64,000 bases of DNA from a bacterium (lineage in GTDB: Bacteria; Hinthialibacterota; Hinthialibacteria; Hinthialibacterales; Hinthialibacteraceae), in contig WGLV01000039.1 of NCBI GenBank assembly GCA_016125385.1, positions 7,343-71,342 of the forward strand. The letters are read 5' to 3'. A program made the translations under genes and the position numbers. This document shows positions 1-11,565 of this stretch, piece after piece (the first letter of the stretch is position 1; every line of letters begins with the position of its first letter). Under the pieces are notes generated by a model. It searched no databases and had not been told where the DNA came from. It saw only the letters and a program-made list of their open reading frames with translations.

Positions 1-622
1 AGACCGCTGGAATACCCAGCGTCAGCGCGCCCACGATATCCTTGTCGAGATTATCGCCAACCATGATGCACTCGTCCGGTTTGGCCTCGGCGGCGTTCAG
101 CGCAAGCTGAAAGATTTTTGCTTTTGGTTTGGAAACTCCAACTTCCTGGGCGATGAAAACTTTCTTGAAAGAATTCTCCAGCCCGGTCCGGCGCAGTTTT
201 TCACGCTGCATGAGCGAATTGCCGTTCGTGACGAGAAAGAGAGGATACCGTGAGCGCAGACGTTCAAATGCTTCGTCTACATCGTCATACCGCGCGTAGT
301 GTTCCTGTCGTACTCGCTCAAATTCGATACCGAGTTCAGCAATGCCGTCATTGTTTTCGACATTGAATTCGCGCAAGACCTCTTTCCAGATGATCGCCCG
401 GGTCTCGCCGGGGTCGCTCACGCTGGCGATGGGCGACTCGTCAAACTCGCTCCAATGCCGGTTATTAATGCGGCGGTAGGCGGCGCGGACGCCTTCGCTT
501 TCAAGCATGGGGAGCCGTTCCAGCAATCCGGGCAGCACCGCGTCAATCGCGGCGCGCTCGCTATCGACGTCGCGCAGCAGCGTCTCATCAAGGTCGAAAA
601 ACAGCGCTTTGGTTCTGGCCAT
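1..622 (-). CDS. HAD-superfamily hydrolase (phosphatase-like). Partial: the N-terminus is inside the window and the C-terminus runs off the 5' edge.
   Basis: Reverse translation from the ATG at ~622 reads MARTKALFFDLDETLLRDVDSERAAIDAVLPGLLERLP.... This is a classic HAD motif I (DxDETL). Later motifs (VTNGNS; VGDNLDKDIVGA) follow. It is absent from the ORF track because no stop lies within the window. Confidence 0.6.
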   Translation of the reverse strand, partial: MARTKALFFDLDETLLRDVDSERAAIDAVLPGLLERLPMLESEGVRAAYRRINNRHWSEFDESPIASVSDPGETRAIIWKEVLREFNVENNDGIAELGIEFERVRQEHYARYDDVDEAFERLRSRYPLFLVTNGNSLMQREKLRRTGLENSFKKVFIAQEVGVSKPKAKIFQLALNAAEAKPDECIMVGDNLDKDIVGALTLGIPAV

Positions 623-836
623 GTTCCGGCGTCTCCGGCGTGTTGTAACTGAGGCGGGATTCATTCACTGGATTAAACAGGCGAGCGGGGTTTTCTTCCA
701 GTGACGCTATTCTCTCAAAGGAGAAGACAGAAATATGGGGATGGAATAAATAATGCCCTGGTTCTCAGGTTCTCAGATATTGATGTAACGAAAGTGACCA
801 ATAATCGCTTTGATTAAAATAAAATGATAAATAAAC

Positions 837-866
837 TTGACTTGGTTATTATATCTTGCTAAATTA
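837..866 (+). promoter_or_regulatory. Sigma70-like promoter (TTGACT-N17-TAAATT) in an AT-rich spacer upstream of the zinc-ribbon gene.
   Basis: cttgacttggttattatatcttgctaaatt lies in a ~130 bp AT-rich island (770-900) within otherwise ~60% GC DNA. It sits ~57 nt upstream of the ATG at 923. Confidence 0.35.
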
Positions 867-922
867 AGTAACTGGTAGCCGTATCGAAATTCCATACCAA
901 TGCAATTCTGAACAGCAGGCCC

Positions 923-1357
923 ATGATGGAAAAGAAACGCAAAACGATCGATAATTGCCAGTCTTGCGGCGGGTTTTTGCCCATCGTAGAGAGTGGCTTG
1001 TGTCAGCCCTGTTACCAGCGGGAGCACGAATTGCTTGACGAAGTACGCTTGTACCTGCGAGATCACCCCAATGCGCCGGCGGATGAGCTGCAGGAGCGAT
1101 TTGAGGTTGATTCAAACCGGCTCCAGACATGGGTGCGCGAGGGCAAGATCCGTTGCGTCGTGTTCAAAGCCCACTGCCCGTCATGCGGAGTCGAACTGGT
1201 GAATCAGTTTTATTGCGTCCATTGTCATAAAAATGTCATGGAGATCACCGACCTCTCCACGCATCAGACGTATGTCCGAACCGTATCTCGCGTCACCGTG
1301 CTGGACCGGTTTCGCGAAGAAGACGAGCCCCGCCATCGCCGCCGCCGTTTCGCCTGA
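923..1357 (+). CDS. Small zinc-ribbon protein, CxxC...CxxC / CPxCG...CxxC, with a central helical segment. It resembles the 'flagellar operon protein' YvyF family (TIGR03826-like).
   Basis: The sequence runs NCQSCGGF...CQPCYQREHELLDEVRLYLRDHPNAPADEL...WVREGKIRCVVFKAHCPSCGVELVNQFYCVHCHKN, i.e. two Cys4 knuckles flanking a YLRDHP...REGKI segment. It has its own AT-rich promoter. The family assignment is from memory of the architecture, not a search. Confidence 0.55.
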   Translation: MMEKKRKTIDNCQSCGGFLPIVESGLCQPCYQREHELLDEVRLYLRDHPNAPADELQERFEVDSNRLQTWVREGKIRCVVFKAHCPSCGVELVNQFYCVHCHKNVMEITDLSTHQTYVRTVSRVTVLDRFREEDEPRHRRRRFA

Positions 1358-1560
1358 CTCCACCCGGAAAATTCAATCATCCAGCGCCGCAGGTTCTGAC
1401 GCCTGAGTCCTCGCATCCGCCTGTCGTCCGTTTACATTGTTGATTCACCCTTTCAACGTTACAATTTAGTTTCGCTCGCGGGACGGATCCGCGAGACAAT
1501 ACCGGCATGAGACGCCTCATCCTGCATTTCAGGCGATTCCATCGGCGTCCAGGTGACATA

Positions 1561-2544
1561 ATGCGCTATCTCGAATTTGAAAAACCGTTGCGTGAGATTG
1601 AGTCGAAAATCGAACAGCTTGAGGTCTACGCCTCGTCGCGGGATATCGATCTGTCTCACGAAATTCAACCGTTGAAAGACCGGCTTCATTCGATGGTCGA
1701 CGAGATTTTTTCTCAGTTGACCCCGTGGCAGCGGGTCCAGCTCGCCCGTCATCCCGACCGGCCCTATACGATGGATTACATCCGCAATTTCGTCGAGGAA
1801 TTCGTCGAGTTGCACGGCGACCGCATGTTCCGCGACGATCTCGCCATCATCACCGGCATGGGCTCCATCGCGGGGCGTTCGGTGGCGATCGTGGGCCATC
1901 AGAAGGGCCGCGACACCGATGAGAATATCCGCCGTAATTTCGGCATGCCGCATCCGGAAGGTTTCCGCAAGGCGCGCCGCATGATGGAGATGGCTGACCG
2001 CCATCGTCTGCCCATCGTGTGTTTCATCGACTCGCCCGGCGCGTTTCCCGGGCTGGGCGCTGAAGAGCGCGGCCAGCATGTCGCCATCGCCGAAAATCTC
2101 GAGATCATGTCGAAACTGCGCGTGCCCATCGTCTGCGTTGTGCTGGGCGAGGGCGGCAGCGGCGGCGCGCTCGCCATCGGCGTGGGCAACCGCGTCCTTA
2201 TGCTCGAAAACGCGTATTACGCGGTCTGTACGCCCGAGGCGTGCGCGGCCATTATTCTCAAAGACCGCACCAAGGCCGCGACGGTGGCGGGAACCATGCG
2301 CATCGTCCCCAACGATCTGCTCAACCTGGGCGTGATCGATGAAGTTATTCCCGAACCGATCGGAGGCGCTCACCGCAACCCCGGCGAGACCGCTCAAAAC
2401 GTCAAAGCCGGCATCGTACGGCATTTGGACCACCTCTGCGCGCTCGGTGAAGACGAATTGATCGAACAACGTTACAAGCGCTTCCGCGACATCGGCGTAT
2501 TTTACGAGGCGGAAACCACCGGACCGGCGTTAGCCGGAATTTGA
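1561..2544 (+). CDS. accA: Acetyl-CoA carboxylase carboxyltransferase alpha subunit.
   Basis: MRYLEFEKPLREIESKIEQL..., GMPHPEGFRKARRMMEMADRHRLPIVCFIDSPGAFPGLGAEERGQ and VLGEGGSGGALAIGVGNRV are near-colinear with E. coli AccA. An AGGTGA RBS lies 6 nt before the ATG at 1561. The track ORF begins at 1507, but the AccA-conserved N-terminus starts at the second Met. Confidence 0.9.
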   Translation: MRYLEFEKPLREIESKIEQLEVYASSRDIDLSHEIQPLKDRLHSMVDEIFSQLTPWQRVQLARHPDRPYTMDYIRNFVEEFVELHGDRMFRDDLAIITGMGSIAGRSVAIVGHQKGRDTDENIRRNFGMPHPEGFRKARRMMEMADRHRLPIVCFIDSPGAFPGLGAEERGQHVAIAENLEIMSKLRVPIVCVVLGEGGSGGALAIGVGNRVLMLENAYYAVCTPEACAAIILKDRTKAATVAGTMRIVPNDLLNLGVIDEVIPEPIGGAHRNPGETAQNVKAGIVRHLDHLCALGEDELIEQRYKRFRDIGVFYEAETTGPALAGI

Positions 2545-2607
2545 TCGCCGGAGCGCTCGCGAGCCGATATCACTCAAACTGCGCGGCGGTTCGCCGCGGG
2601 ATACCTG

Positions 2608-5013
<2,406 letters not shown>

Positions 5014-5014
5014 T

Positions 5015-6886
5015 CTACCGCAGTTTTAACACCCGCGCCAGCGCCCAGTCGGCGTGATCGGCGTCGATGCCGTCGCCTCCGTCTTCAGCGATCAGCGTTA
5101 ACCGGTTGGCGCGCTCGCGGTCGAGCCGAACCATGATTCGCCGCGCCGGCATGGTGGGAACCAGCGTGACCGCGCCGGGCTGTTCTTCGCCGTTCACCAA
5201 TACAGAAAAACGCACCTGCCCGTAAGATGGATTCTCTTTCACCAGAGGCAGCGTCTCGGCGTCGATGCCTGCCCACGCCTCGAACGCGTCGTACCCGGGC
5301 GGCACGTCATAGTCAATGCGCGCGTTGGCGTGCGTCCCGATGCCGTAGCGATAGCGTACGCCGTCGATACAAAGGGGCTCGCCGTCAACAGAAAGATCGC
5401 GCCCCAATAAAAAGCCGGGCGGCGGGTTTTTCAGTTCGGGAGGCATGGGAGGCCAGTCCTGCGTGGATGCGGCGGGGGTAACATGACTCAGGTAGAGCAA
5501 ACCCGGATTCTCGGTTCGCGCTTCGCCCCGTAGCCACAATACAATCGTCAGCGCGGCCAGAGTCCATCCCGCCGTTTTCGCCATACGAAAAAATCGAGCG
5601 CGGGGCTCGTCATCGTTACCGAACGTCTCGCTCGCCATAAAAACAGCGAAGTCGAGCGTATACCACGCCGCGCAGGCGACGGAGAATGCCGTGACGGTCG
5701 TCTCCAGCGCGGGCGGCGGTGAAATGAGCGGCGCGATCGTCATCAGGTTGGCGAGGTAAGGAATAGACAGCATAACGTAGAATGCCATCGCGCGGCCGTT
5801 CAACGCGGCGGGAATCGCGAACAGAGGGAAAAACGCGAATAGATAACGCTCGTGTACGCGCGTGGGCAGCATAAAAAAGATCAGGCCGGCCGCCGCCGCC
5901 AGGGTGAACGCGTCCAGCGCGCCGCGTCTTCGAGCCGCGCCGCGCAATATCCATCCGTATGCGATAACGAACAGCGCCATGCCCAGGTTTTTGTACGTCA
6001 GCCAGTGCGCGGCGTACCCATCGGTCATGAAGCCGTCGCCGCCATATAGCCATCCCCATGCGCGTCCGTCAAACGTGTTGGGGTTGGCGTGCAGATACCA
6101 GAGATTAAACGCTCCCACCGAGAGTTGACGCCCCAGGTTGAAGTTAAACAGTACGCTGTTGGCGATGACCGCGCCTAACCGGCCCGTCAGCCAGAAAGGC
6201 GCCAGCGCCGCCGCCGATCCGGCCAGTACTCCCCCCGCGAGCCGCGTCGTGCGTTGATTCCCGTGCATCGTCCAGCCCACTAGCATAAACAACGGGATGA
6301 AGGGCAGCGTCTGAATCTTCGTCCAAAGCGAAAGAGACAGCAGACACCCCGCCCAGAAGGCGCGTCCATCGATGAGGAGTATCAAGGAACCAGTAAGAAA
6401 GAATCCAAAAATTGAGTCCACCTGCCCGTAATACGCACTGAGATAAATCAGCGCCGGGTTCAACAGATACAACCCCATCGCCCACAGGCCCGCGCGCCGG
6501 TTCCATCTCCGGCTCGCGAATCTCAAGAGCCAGACGCCCGCTATCGCTTCGAACAGAAACGTGAGGCTTTTGCGCAACGTCAGAAAATTCGCCGAGTTGA
6601 ATTCCGAACCGCCAACCAGTGCGAACCCTCGACCGAGAGCGTCCAGCATGTAAAGATACCCGGGTGGATAATTAACGAATCGATTGGGCAGTTGGGTTTC
6701 CGGATCGTCATAAATCGACAATACGCCCTCATGGACCGCGTAATCGGTCCAGACGGCGAAGTCGCGCGCGTCGGATGGATAACCCGCCAGAGGCCAGAAA
6801 GGCGCGCGGAGAATCAGGGCGGCGAGCAGAATCACCCACGCCCCGCGAGGAAGCGATATGAATGAATTGGGCGGCGAGCCGATCAA
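5015..6886 (-). CDS. Polytopic GT-C-type (DUF2029 / GT87-like) membrane glycosyltransferase fused to a C-terminal NPCBM-like (GH98-associated) carbohydrate-binding domain.
   Basis: The N-terminal ~430 aa has ~11 predicted TM helices with a VNYPPGYLYM loop motif typical of GT-C mannosyl/arabinosyltransferases. The C-terminal ~170 aa carries YRYGIGTHANARIDYDVPPGYDAFEAWAGID and VRFSVLVNGEE, matching the NPCBM/NEW2 fold. The track start at 6886 is a TTG and overlaps the divergent ybgC-like ATG at 6858, so the true start is probably internal (a GTG in AWVILL). Confidence 0.7.
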   Translation of the reverse strand: MIGSPPNSFISLPRGAWVILLAALILRAPFWPLAGYPSDARDFAVWTDYAVHEGVLSIYDDPETQLPNRFVNYPPGYLYMLDALGRGFALVGGSEFNSANFLTLRKSLTFLFEAIAGVWLLRFASRRWNRRAGLWAMGLYLLNPALIYLSAYYGQVDSIFGFFLTGSLILLIDGRAFWAGCLLSLSLWTKIQTLPFIPLFMLVGWTMHGNQRTTRLAGGVLAGSAAALAPFWLTGRLGAVIANSVLFNFNLGRQLSVGAFNLWYLHANPNTFDGRAWGWLYGGDGFMTDGYAAHWLTYKNLGMALFVIAYGWILRGAARRRGALDAFTLAAAAGLIFFMLPTRVHERYLFAFFPLFAIPAALNGRAMAFYVMLSIPYLANLMTIAPLISPPPALETTVTAFSVACAAWYTLDFAVFMASETFGNDDEPRARFFRMAKTAGWTLAALTIVLWLRGEARTENPGLLYLSHVTPAASTQDWPPMPPELKNPPPGFLLGRDLSVDGEPLCIDGVRYRYGIGTHANARIDYDVPPGYDAFEAWAGIDAETLPLVKENPSYGQVRFSVLVNGEEQPGAVTLVPTMPARRIMVRLDRERANRLTLIAEDGGDGIDADHADWALARVLKLR

Positions 6887-7313
6887 TCGCCTGACCTTTC
6901 CCTACCGGGTTTTTTACGCCGACACCGACGCGGGCGGCGTGGTGTATTATGCGCAATACCTGCGAATGTTTGAACTGGCCCGCGCGCTATACATCGAAGC
7001 GTTCGGCATGTCGCTGCCCCAGCTTGAGCGGGAAGGATGCCTGTTCGTCTGCCGCCGCGCCGAGATCGATTATCACTCGCCCGCGCGTCTTGGCGACTCT
7101 CTCGACATTCACACGTGGATATCCGGCTCCGGTAAAACGTTTCTGACGTTTGAATACGAGATCGTTTGTTCCAGCCGCGTCGACGGCGAAGGCCAGCCTT
7201 TGCGCATCGTGACCGGCTTGACCAAAATGGCTTCGGTGGGCCAGAAAGACGGCCGCCTCATGCCCAGCCGAATTCCAGCCTGGCTGTTCGATCGGCTGGC
7301 TCAGCCCGTCTGA
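6858..7313 (+). CDS. YbgC/4HBT-family hotdog acyl-CoA thioesterase.
   Basis: FPYRVFYADTDAGGVVYYAQYLRMFELAR... is the 4-hydroxybenzoyl-CoA thioesterase/YbgC signature. A GAGGAAG RBS lies upstream of the ATG at 6858. Confidence 0.8.
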   Translation: MNELGGEPINRLTFPYRVFYADTDAGGVVYYAQYLRMFELARALYIEAFGMSLPQLEREGCLFVCRRAEIDYHSPARLGDSLDIHTWISGSGKTFLTFEYEIVCSSRVDGEGQPLRIVTGLTKMASVGQKDGRLMPSRIPAWLFDRLAQPV

Positions 7314-7383
7314 CCGCCGCCGCGCGCCCGGCGCCGATTGACCGGATACCGTCTCCATGATATAGCAGTTGTCAAACTGTTTG

Positions 7384-9762
7384 ATGAAGGGAATGTGGAA
7401 CGCCGTGACTCGCCTTTTGCTCGCCGCGCTGGCGCTTTTTTCGTTTTCGCTCGCTGGAACCGCTCAGGATCAACCGGCCGCTGAACCAGCCGCGCCTCCC
7501 GAACCGCCCATCGAGGTCATGAAAGGCCGCCCCGAATACGTGGTCGGCTCCAATGTGGTCATGGTGTACCGCGACGCTGGCAAGCAGGCGACTCTCGCCC
7601 AGGGCGAGACCGCCGTCACCGCCGATGAAATCGAATATAACGCCGATTCGCGCATCTTTAACGCGACCGGCGACGTCAAACTGTGGGACAAGGGGCTTAT
7701 CCTGCGCGGTGAAACCCTGCGTTATGACCTGAACGACCAGACCGGCGAGATCCATGACGTTCATGAAGCCGAACTCGACGAAGGATTCTTCTTTCAGGGC
7801 GAGCGGCTCGAGTTTCACCCACGCGCGGCGGGAAGGCTCGAATCGGCCAGCGGTGAAGCCACCGTCCGCGAATATACGTTGTATAACGGGTACGTCACCG
7901 GAAACGATCTGCCTTATCCCTATTACAAAATGAAATTCGACCGGCTGGTGGTCGCGCCCAAGGTCCGATACTGGGTGTACGACATGATTCTGGTCACGCA
8001 ATCGTGGCCGTTGATGTATTTGCCGTTTTATTCGCAATCGCTTCAGGAAAACAAAGTCGCCTACTATCTCTACGCCGCGTCGTATTCTCAACTGGGATTC
8101 GCCATTTTCAACAAGTTGAACATCGTTCCCAGCGATGAATACATGATCGACCTCTACGGCGATTACTACACCAAGGCGGGTATCGGCAAGGGCGCCAAGT
8201 TTACCTTTGACGTCGAAGGCGACTACGGCCCGCAGGGCCAACTGTACGGCTATCACATCAAGCAGGAAGCGCCGGATAACGACCGCATCTTCGACGGAGA
8301 CGACCGGTATCATTTCGCGCTCGAATACGCTCAGGATCTGCCCTATGACATGCGCTTGACGGTGAAGGGCCACAAACTGTCCGATTCAGAATACCGCGAC
8401 GATTACCGCAACCCCGAACGAGTGCGCGGCATCGATACGCGCGATTCAGAAAACGAGTTGACCTCCTTCGTTAACCTGACCAAGCGCTTCGACGATCAGA
8501 GCGCGCGTATCACACTGGGAACCCGGCTCGACGATTTTTACTCTAACGGCTTGCCTTACGTTGAACGGAAACCGCAGGTTCACCTCGAACAATACCCCTA
8601 CAACATTCTGAATTCAGGCCTGTACGGCAGCCTGCAACTCGATTACGGCCGCTACAACCGCGAACAGGGTATCACCTTCCCCCTTGATGAATACACCCTG
8701 TTTCAACAGACGCAGTTCGCCGACGAGTTCACCCGTTACGACGCCAACGCCAAACTTTCATATCCGTTTTATTTTCCCTATCAGATTACGCTCGAACCCT
8801 GGCTGGGTTATCGTGCGACGCAGTATGACGACGCCGTCCATCTCGCCGACGATCCCGCCGCGCCCGGCTACCAGTTGACGCCGTTTGATTTCGGCTCCGA
8901 GTCGCGCATGATGGCCCAGGCGGGCATGGACCTTTCCACCAAGCGATCGTGGGAGTTCGATCCATTTCTCGACCGCTTTCAGCGCATGCGTTTTCAGATC
9001 GAACCGATGTTGCAGTACAGCTACTTTTTACCCGACACCGATCTGGAAGAGTTGAAGGCGTCGAACGGCGGGCGTTTTCCGTACGTCGACCCCACGGATA
9101 TGTATCGCGCCGAGATGCACAACGTGTCGGCTCTGCTACGCACCAAGGTGCAGGGCAAAGACGCATACGGCTCCACGTGGGACTTCCTGCGGTTCACCAC
9201 CGGGCTGGCGTATGAGGCGTTTCCCGATGACAACCTGATATATGACAACTTTCTTTATTACGACGATTTCGCGAACAGCAAAAACCACCGTTTCACAGAC
9301 TGGATGGAAGAATTCTCCATCTTCCCGTTCCCCTGGTGGTCGATCGGCAACACGATCCGGTACGACATTGATGACGGCGAACTGCGTTCCAGTTATACCT
9401 TCACCCAGTTTGAAGTCATGCAGCGCGCCCGTTTCACGCTCGGGTATTACACCTTCCGCTACCCGTTCCTCGATCTGAGCGAACAGCAGGACGTCGCACT
9501 GGTCATTAATTGGGATATCGATCCCAAGTGGGGGCTGTTTTATGAGATGCGCTACGATATCGATGACGAGCGCTTCCGCAGAAACGTGATCGGCCTGATC
9601 CGCAATATGTATGACTTTTACGCCACGCTTGAATTCGAGCACGAAAATCACCCAACGCTGGGCGACGACTATGCGATCCATATCGGTATTCAGCTGGTGG
9701 GGCCGGGCCGCAAACGGCCTGACCGCCCCGTGGTGGGCGTCCCCAGCCTGTTTGCTTACTGA
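7384..9762 (+). CDS. LptD/OstA-like outer-membrane LPS-assembly protein: N-terminal OstA/LptA-like beta-jellyroll plus a large C-terminal beta-barrel.
   Basis: It has a signal peptide (MKGMWNAVTRLLLAALALFSFSLAGTAQ). It has the OstA-N pattern (ADEIEYNADSRIFNATGDVKLWDKGLILRGETLRYDLNDQTGE). The C-terminal ~600 aa is aromatic-rich with alternating beta-strand character and ends ...PSLFAY (a C-terminal aromatic, an OMP signature). The track ORF starts at a TTG at 7369; the first ATG is 7384. Confidence 0.7.
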   Translation: MKGMWNAVTRLLLAALALFSFSLAGTAQDQPAAEPAAPPEPPIEVMKGRPEYVVGSNVVMVYRDAGKQATLAQGETAVTADEIEYNADSRIFNATGDVKLWDKGLILRGETLRYDLNDQTGEIHDVHEAELDEGFFFQGERLEFHPRAAGRLESASGEATVREYTLYNGYVTGNDLPYPYYKMKFDRLVVAPKVRYWVYDMILVTQSWPLMYLPFYSQSLQENKVAYYLYAASYSQLGFAIFNKLNIVPSDEYMIDLYGDYYTKAGIGKGAKFTFDVEGDYGPQGQLYGYHIKQEAPDNDRIFDGDDRYHFALEYAQDLPYDMRLTVKGHKLSDSEYRDDYRNPERVRGIDTRDSENELTSFVNLTKRFDDQSARITLGTRLDDFYSNGLPYVERKPQVHLEQYPYNILNSGLYGSLQLDYGRYNREQGITFPLDEYTLFQQTQFADEFTRYDANAKLSYPFYFPYQITLEPWLGYRATQYDDAVHLADDPAAPGYQLTPFDFGSESRMMAQAGMDLSTKRSWEFDPFLDRFQRMRFQIEPMLQYSYFLPDTDLEELKASNGGRFPYVDPTDMYRAEMHNVSALLRTKVQGKDAYGSTWDFLRFTTGLAYEAFPDDNLIYDNFLYYDDFANSKNHRFTDWMEEFSIFPFPWWSIGNTIRYDIDDGELRSSYTFTQFEVMQRARFTLGYYTFRYPFLDLSEQQDVALVINWDIDPKWGLFYEMRYDIDDERFRRNVIGLIRNMYDFYATLEFEHENHPTLGDDYAIHIGIQLVGPGRKRPDRPVVGVPSLFAY

Positions 9763-9781
9763 TTCGCAATCCAACGGAAAC

Positions 9782-9817
9782 AAAAAAAGCGGGAGCAATC
9801 GTTGCTCCCGCTTTTTG
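9782..9817. terminator. Bidirectional rho-independent terminator between convergent lptD-like and Gfo genes.
   Basis: caaaaaaAGCGGGAGCAAtcgTTGCTCCCGCTttttt: an 11-bp perfect stem with a 3-nt loop, flanked by an A-run and a T-run. Confidence 0.6.
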
Positions 9818-9840
9818 GTTTTGATGGTTTCCGTCTCGAA

Positions 9841-10986
9841 TCAGACAACCGTGCGCATGTCTCGAATCGCCACCGGCGCGCCGTTTTTCTCCGCCGATTC
9901 ATACGTGCGGGTCGAGGCTTCAACCCCCTGTGCGCCCGAAGTCAGGTCGGCGGGGTTTTCTTCATCGCAGATGAGGTGTTTGAGAAATTTGTCCCACTGA
10001 TAGCGGAACGCGTTCTCCGGCGTGTCGGGCGCCTCAATCAGCTCCCAACCGTCATCGAACTCGATTCGGCTGGCGGTGTCCGGGTCCCAGGCGATCTTGG
10101 GAGTGCGCTCGTTGGTGATGAAGTAGCACCGGTCGAGATACGCTTCCGCCGCGCCCTTCGTACCCTGAACCTTGATCTCAAGCAATCCGCGTTTGCGCGG
10201 CCGGCGGCACCATGACGACGCCGAGTCGCAGATCGCGCCCTGTTCGCAGACGAAGCGCGCGTATACCGAATCCTCCGCCGTGGTCGGAACCGGCTGACCG
10301 CCGCGCGTGCGCTGTTTGATATGCAGACCGGTCAACGCGGAGACCTCAACCGGTCGCCCCACGATCGATTCAAGTACGTAATCCCAGTGGGCGACCATGT
10401 CGTAGACGATGCCGCCGCCTTCGGCCTTGTCGGAGTTCCAGTCGGGCCGCGTTCCATCATCGGGATGAACCAGATACCCGAATTCGAGCAGTACGTGATA
10501 GACCTCGCCGATCATTCCTGAATGGATGACGTGTTGCAACGCTTTCAGGCCGGGTAGATAGCGTTTGTCTTGAACCACGCCGCCCTTCACGCCCTGGGCG
10601 TTGGCTTTTTTCGCGAGATCGATGGCTTCTTCCACCGTGAGGGTGATCGGCTTTTCGGAAAAGATATTCATTCCCGCGTCGATGGCCTGGCTGATGCCGG
10701 CGTAATGCACCTTGGTGATCGCGCCTTCGAAATACACGCGGAACGGGCTTTTGTCTTCAAACGCCGCGCTGAGGTCGGTGCCGCAGGGCAGCCCGTATTC
10801 ATCAGCGAGGGGTTTGAGTTTGGCCATATCACGGCCGATCAGAAACGGCTTGGGCATAATCACGTCGCCCCTGGCGGTTTTCAGCCCGCCTTCCTTGATG
10901 AAGTGCATCAGCGAGCGGTCCAGATGCTGGCGGCGCGCCATGCGTCCGGTGACGCCGCGCATATAGATGGGAACTTCGATAATCAT
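9841..10986 (-). CDS. Gfo/Idh/MocA-family NAD(P)-dependent oxidoreductase (cytoplasmic; divergent N-terminal Rossmann motif).
   Basis: The central and C-terminal regions show GISQAIDAGMNIFSEKPI (the EKP motif) and a typical Gfo C-terminal alpha/beta dimerisation domain. The ATG at 10986 has an AAAGGA RBS. The track's upstream extension to 11040 would overlap the cupin gene by 37 nt. Confidence 0.8.
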   Translation of the reverse strand: MIIEVPIYMRGVTGRMARRQHLDRSLMHFIKEGGLKTARGDVIMPKPFLIGRDMAKLKPLADEYGLPCGTDLSAAFEDKSPFRVYFEGAITKVHYAGISQAIDAGMNIFSEKPITLTVEEAIDLAKKANAQGVKGGVVQDKRYLPGLKALQHVIHSGMIGEVYHVLLEFGYLVHPDDGTRPDWNSDKAEGGGIVYDMVAHWDYVLESIVGRPVEVSALTGLHIKQRTRGGQPVPTTAEDSVYARFVCEQGAICDSASSWCRRPRKRGLLEIKVQGTKGAAEAYLDRCYFITNERTPKIAWDPDTASRIEFDDGWELIEAPDTPENAFRYQWDKFLKHLICDEENPADLTSGAQGVEASTRTYESAEKNGAPVAIRDMRTVV

Positions 10987-11003
10987 GATGCGTCCTTTCG
11001 TGA

Positions 11004-11471
11004 TTACGCCGAGGGGCTGTTTTTGGTGCTTTCCGGGCATTGCCGGTACGCATCACCGGGCAGCGGAGGCGTTGTGACGCCCGCTTTGGGCAATGTTCCA
11101 TCGAGTTCCTGACGCCAGTGATCGACGTCGCCGTCGCCTTCATAGATGTACAGAAACACGGCCTTTTCGGGCCCGCGGTTAGTCAGCTGGTGAAACTTGC
11201 CGGATGGAATATGCACCGCCTGGCCCTTGCGCAGCCGAACCGTGCCTTCGTCTTCCATCGCCAGCTCGATATCGTCGCCCTCAAGCATGACGTAGACTTC
11301 ATTCTGTTCGTGGTTATGCCACGGAACCTGCCCGCCGTTCGCGTCCAGTTCGATCCAACCGGTGCGGAAACCGACGTTCTCAAACAGGCCGGGGCCGGTG
11401 AATCCGCGACCCAGCCGGTTGGCGGGGAAGCGCTTGCCGGGCATGTCGCGCACGTCCAACACGTGAATCAT
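11004..11471 (-). CDS. Cupin-domain protein (RmlC-like cupin).
   Basis: VPWHNHEQNEVYVMLEGDDIELAMED...GQAVHIPSGKFHQLTN contains the two-His cupin motifs G(X)5HXH...G(X)5PXG...H. A strong AAGGAG RBS precedes the ATG. Confidence 0.8.
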   Translation of the reverse strand: MIHVLDVRDMPGKRFPANRLGRGFTGPGLFENVGFRTGWIELDANGGQVPWHNHEQNEVYVMLEGDDIELAMEDEGTVRLRKGQAVHIPSGKFHQLTNRGPEKAVFLYIYEGDGDVDHWRQELDGTLPKAGVTTPPLPGDAYRQCPESTKNSPSA

Positions 11472-11565
11472 GATGCCGTCTCCTTCGTGGAGTTTGGAAG
11501 TTCCGTGTATCGTATCAATTATGACGCGCGGGATAAACGGCGGCGGGGATTATAAAACGGATGGA

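Noticed and set aside
1459-2469. 336-aa minus-strand ORF antisense to accA. Similar long antisense ORFs occur at 7372..8373, 12956..13624, 16780..17337, 24830..25726, 30909..32369, 34390..34959, 49037..50026, 50336..51421, 55645..56124, 57723..58187 and 60156..61106.
   Set aside because: All lie fully inside well-supported genes on the opposite strand and have no recognisable motifs or RBS. Their compositions are Arg/Ala/Gly-rich, as expected for stop-poor antisense frames in ~60% GC DNA. They are spurious.
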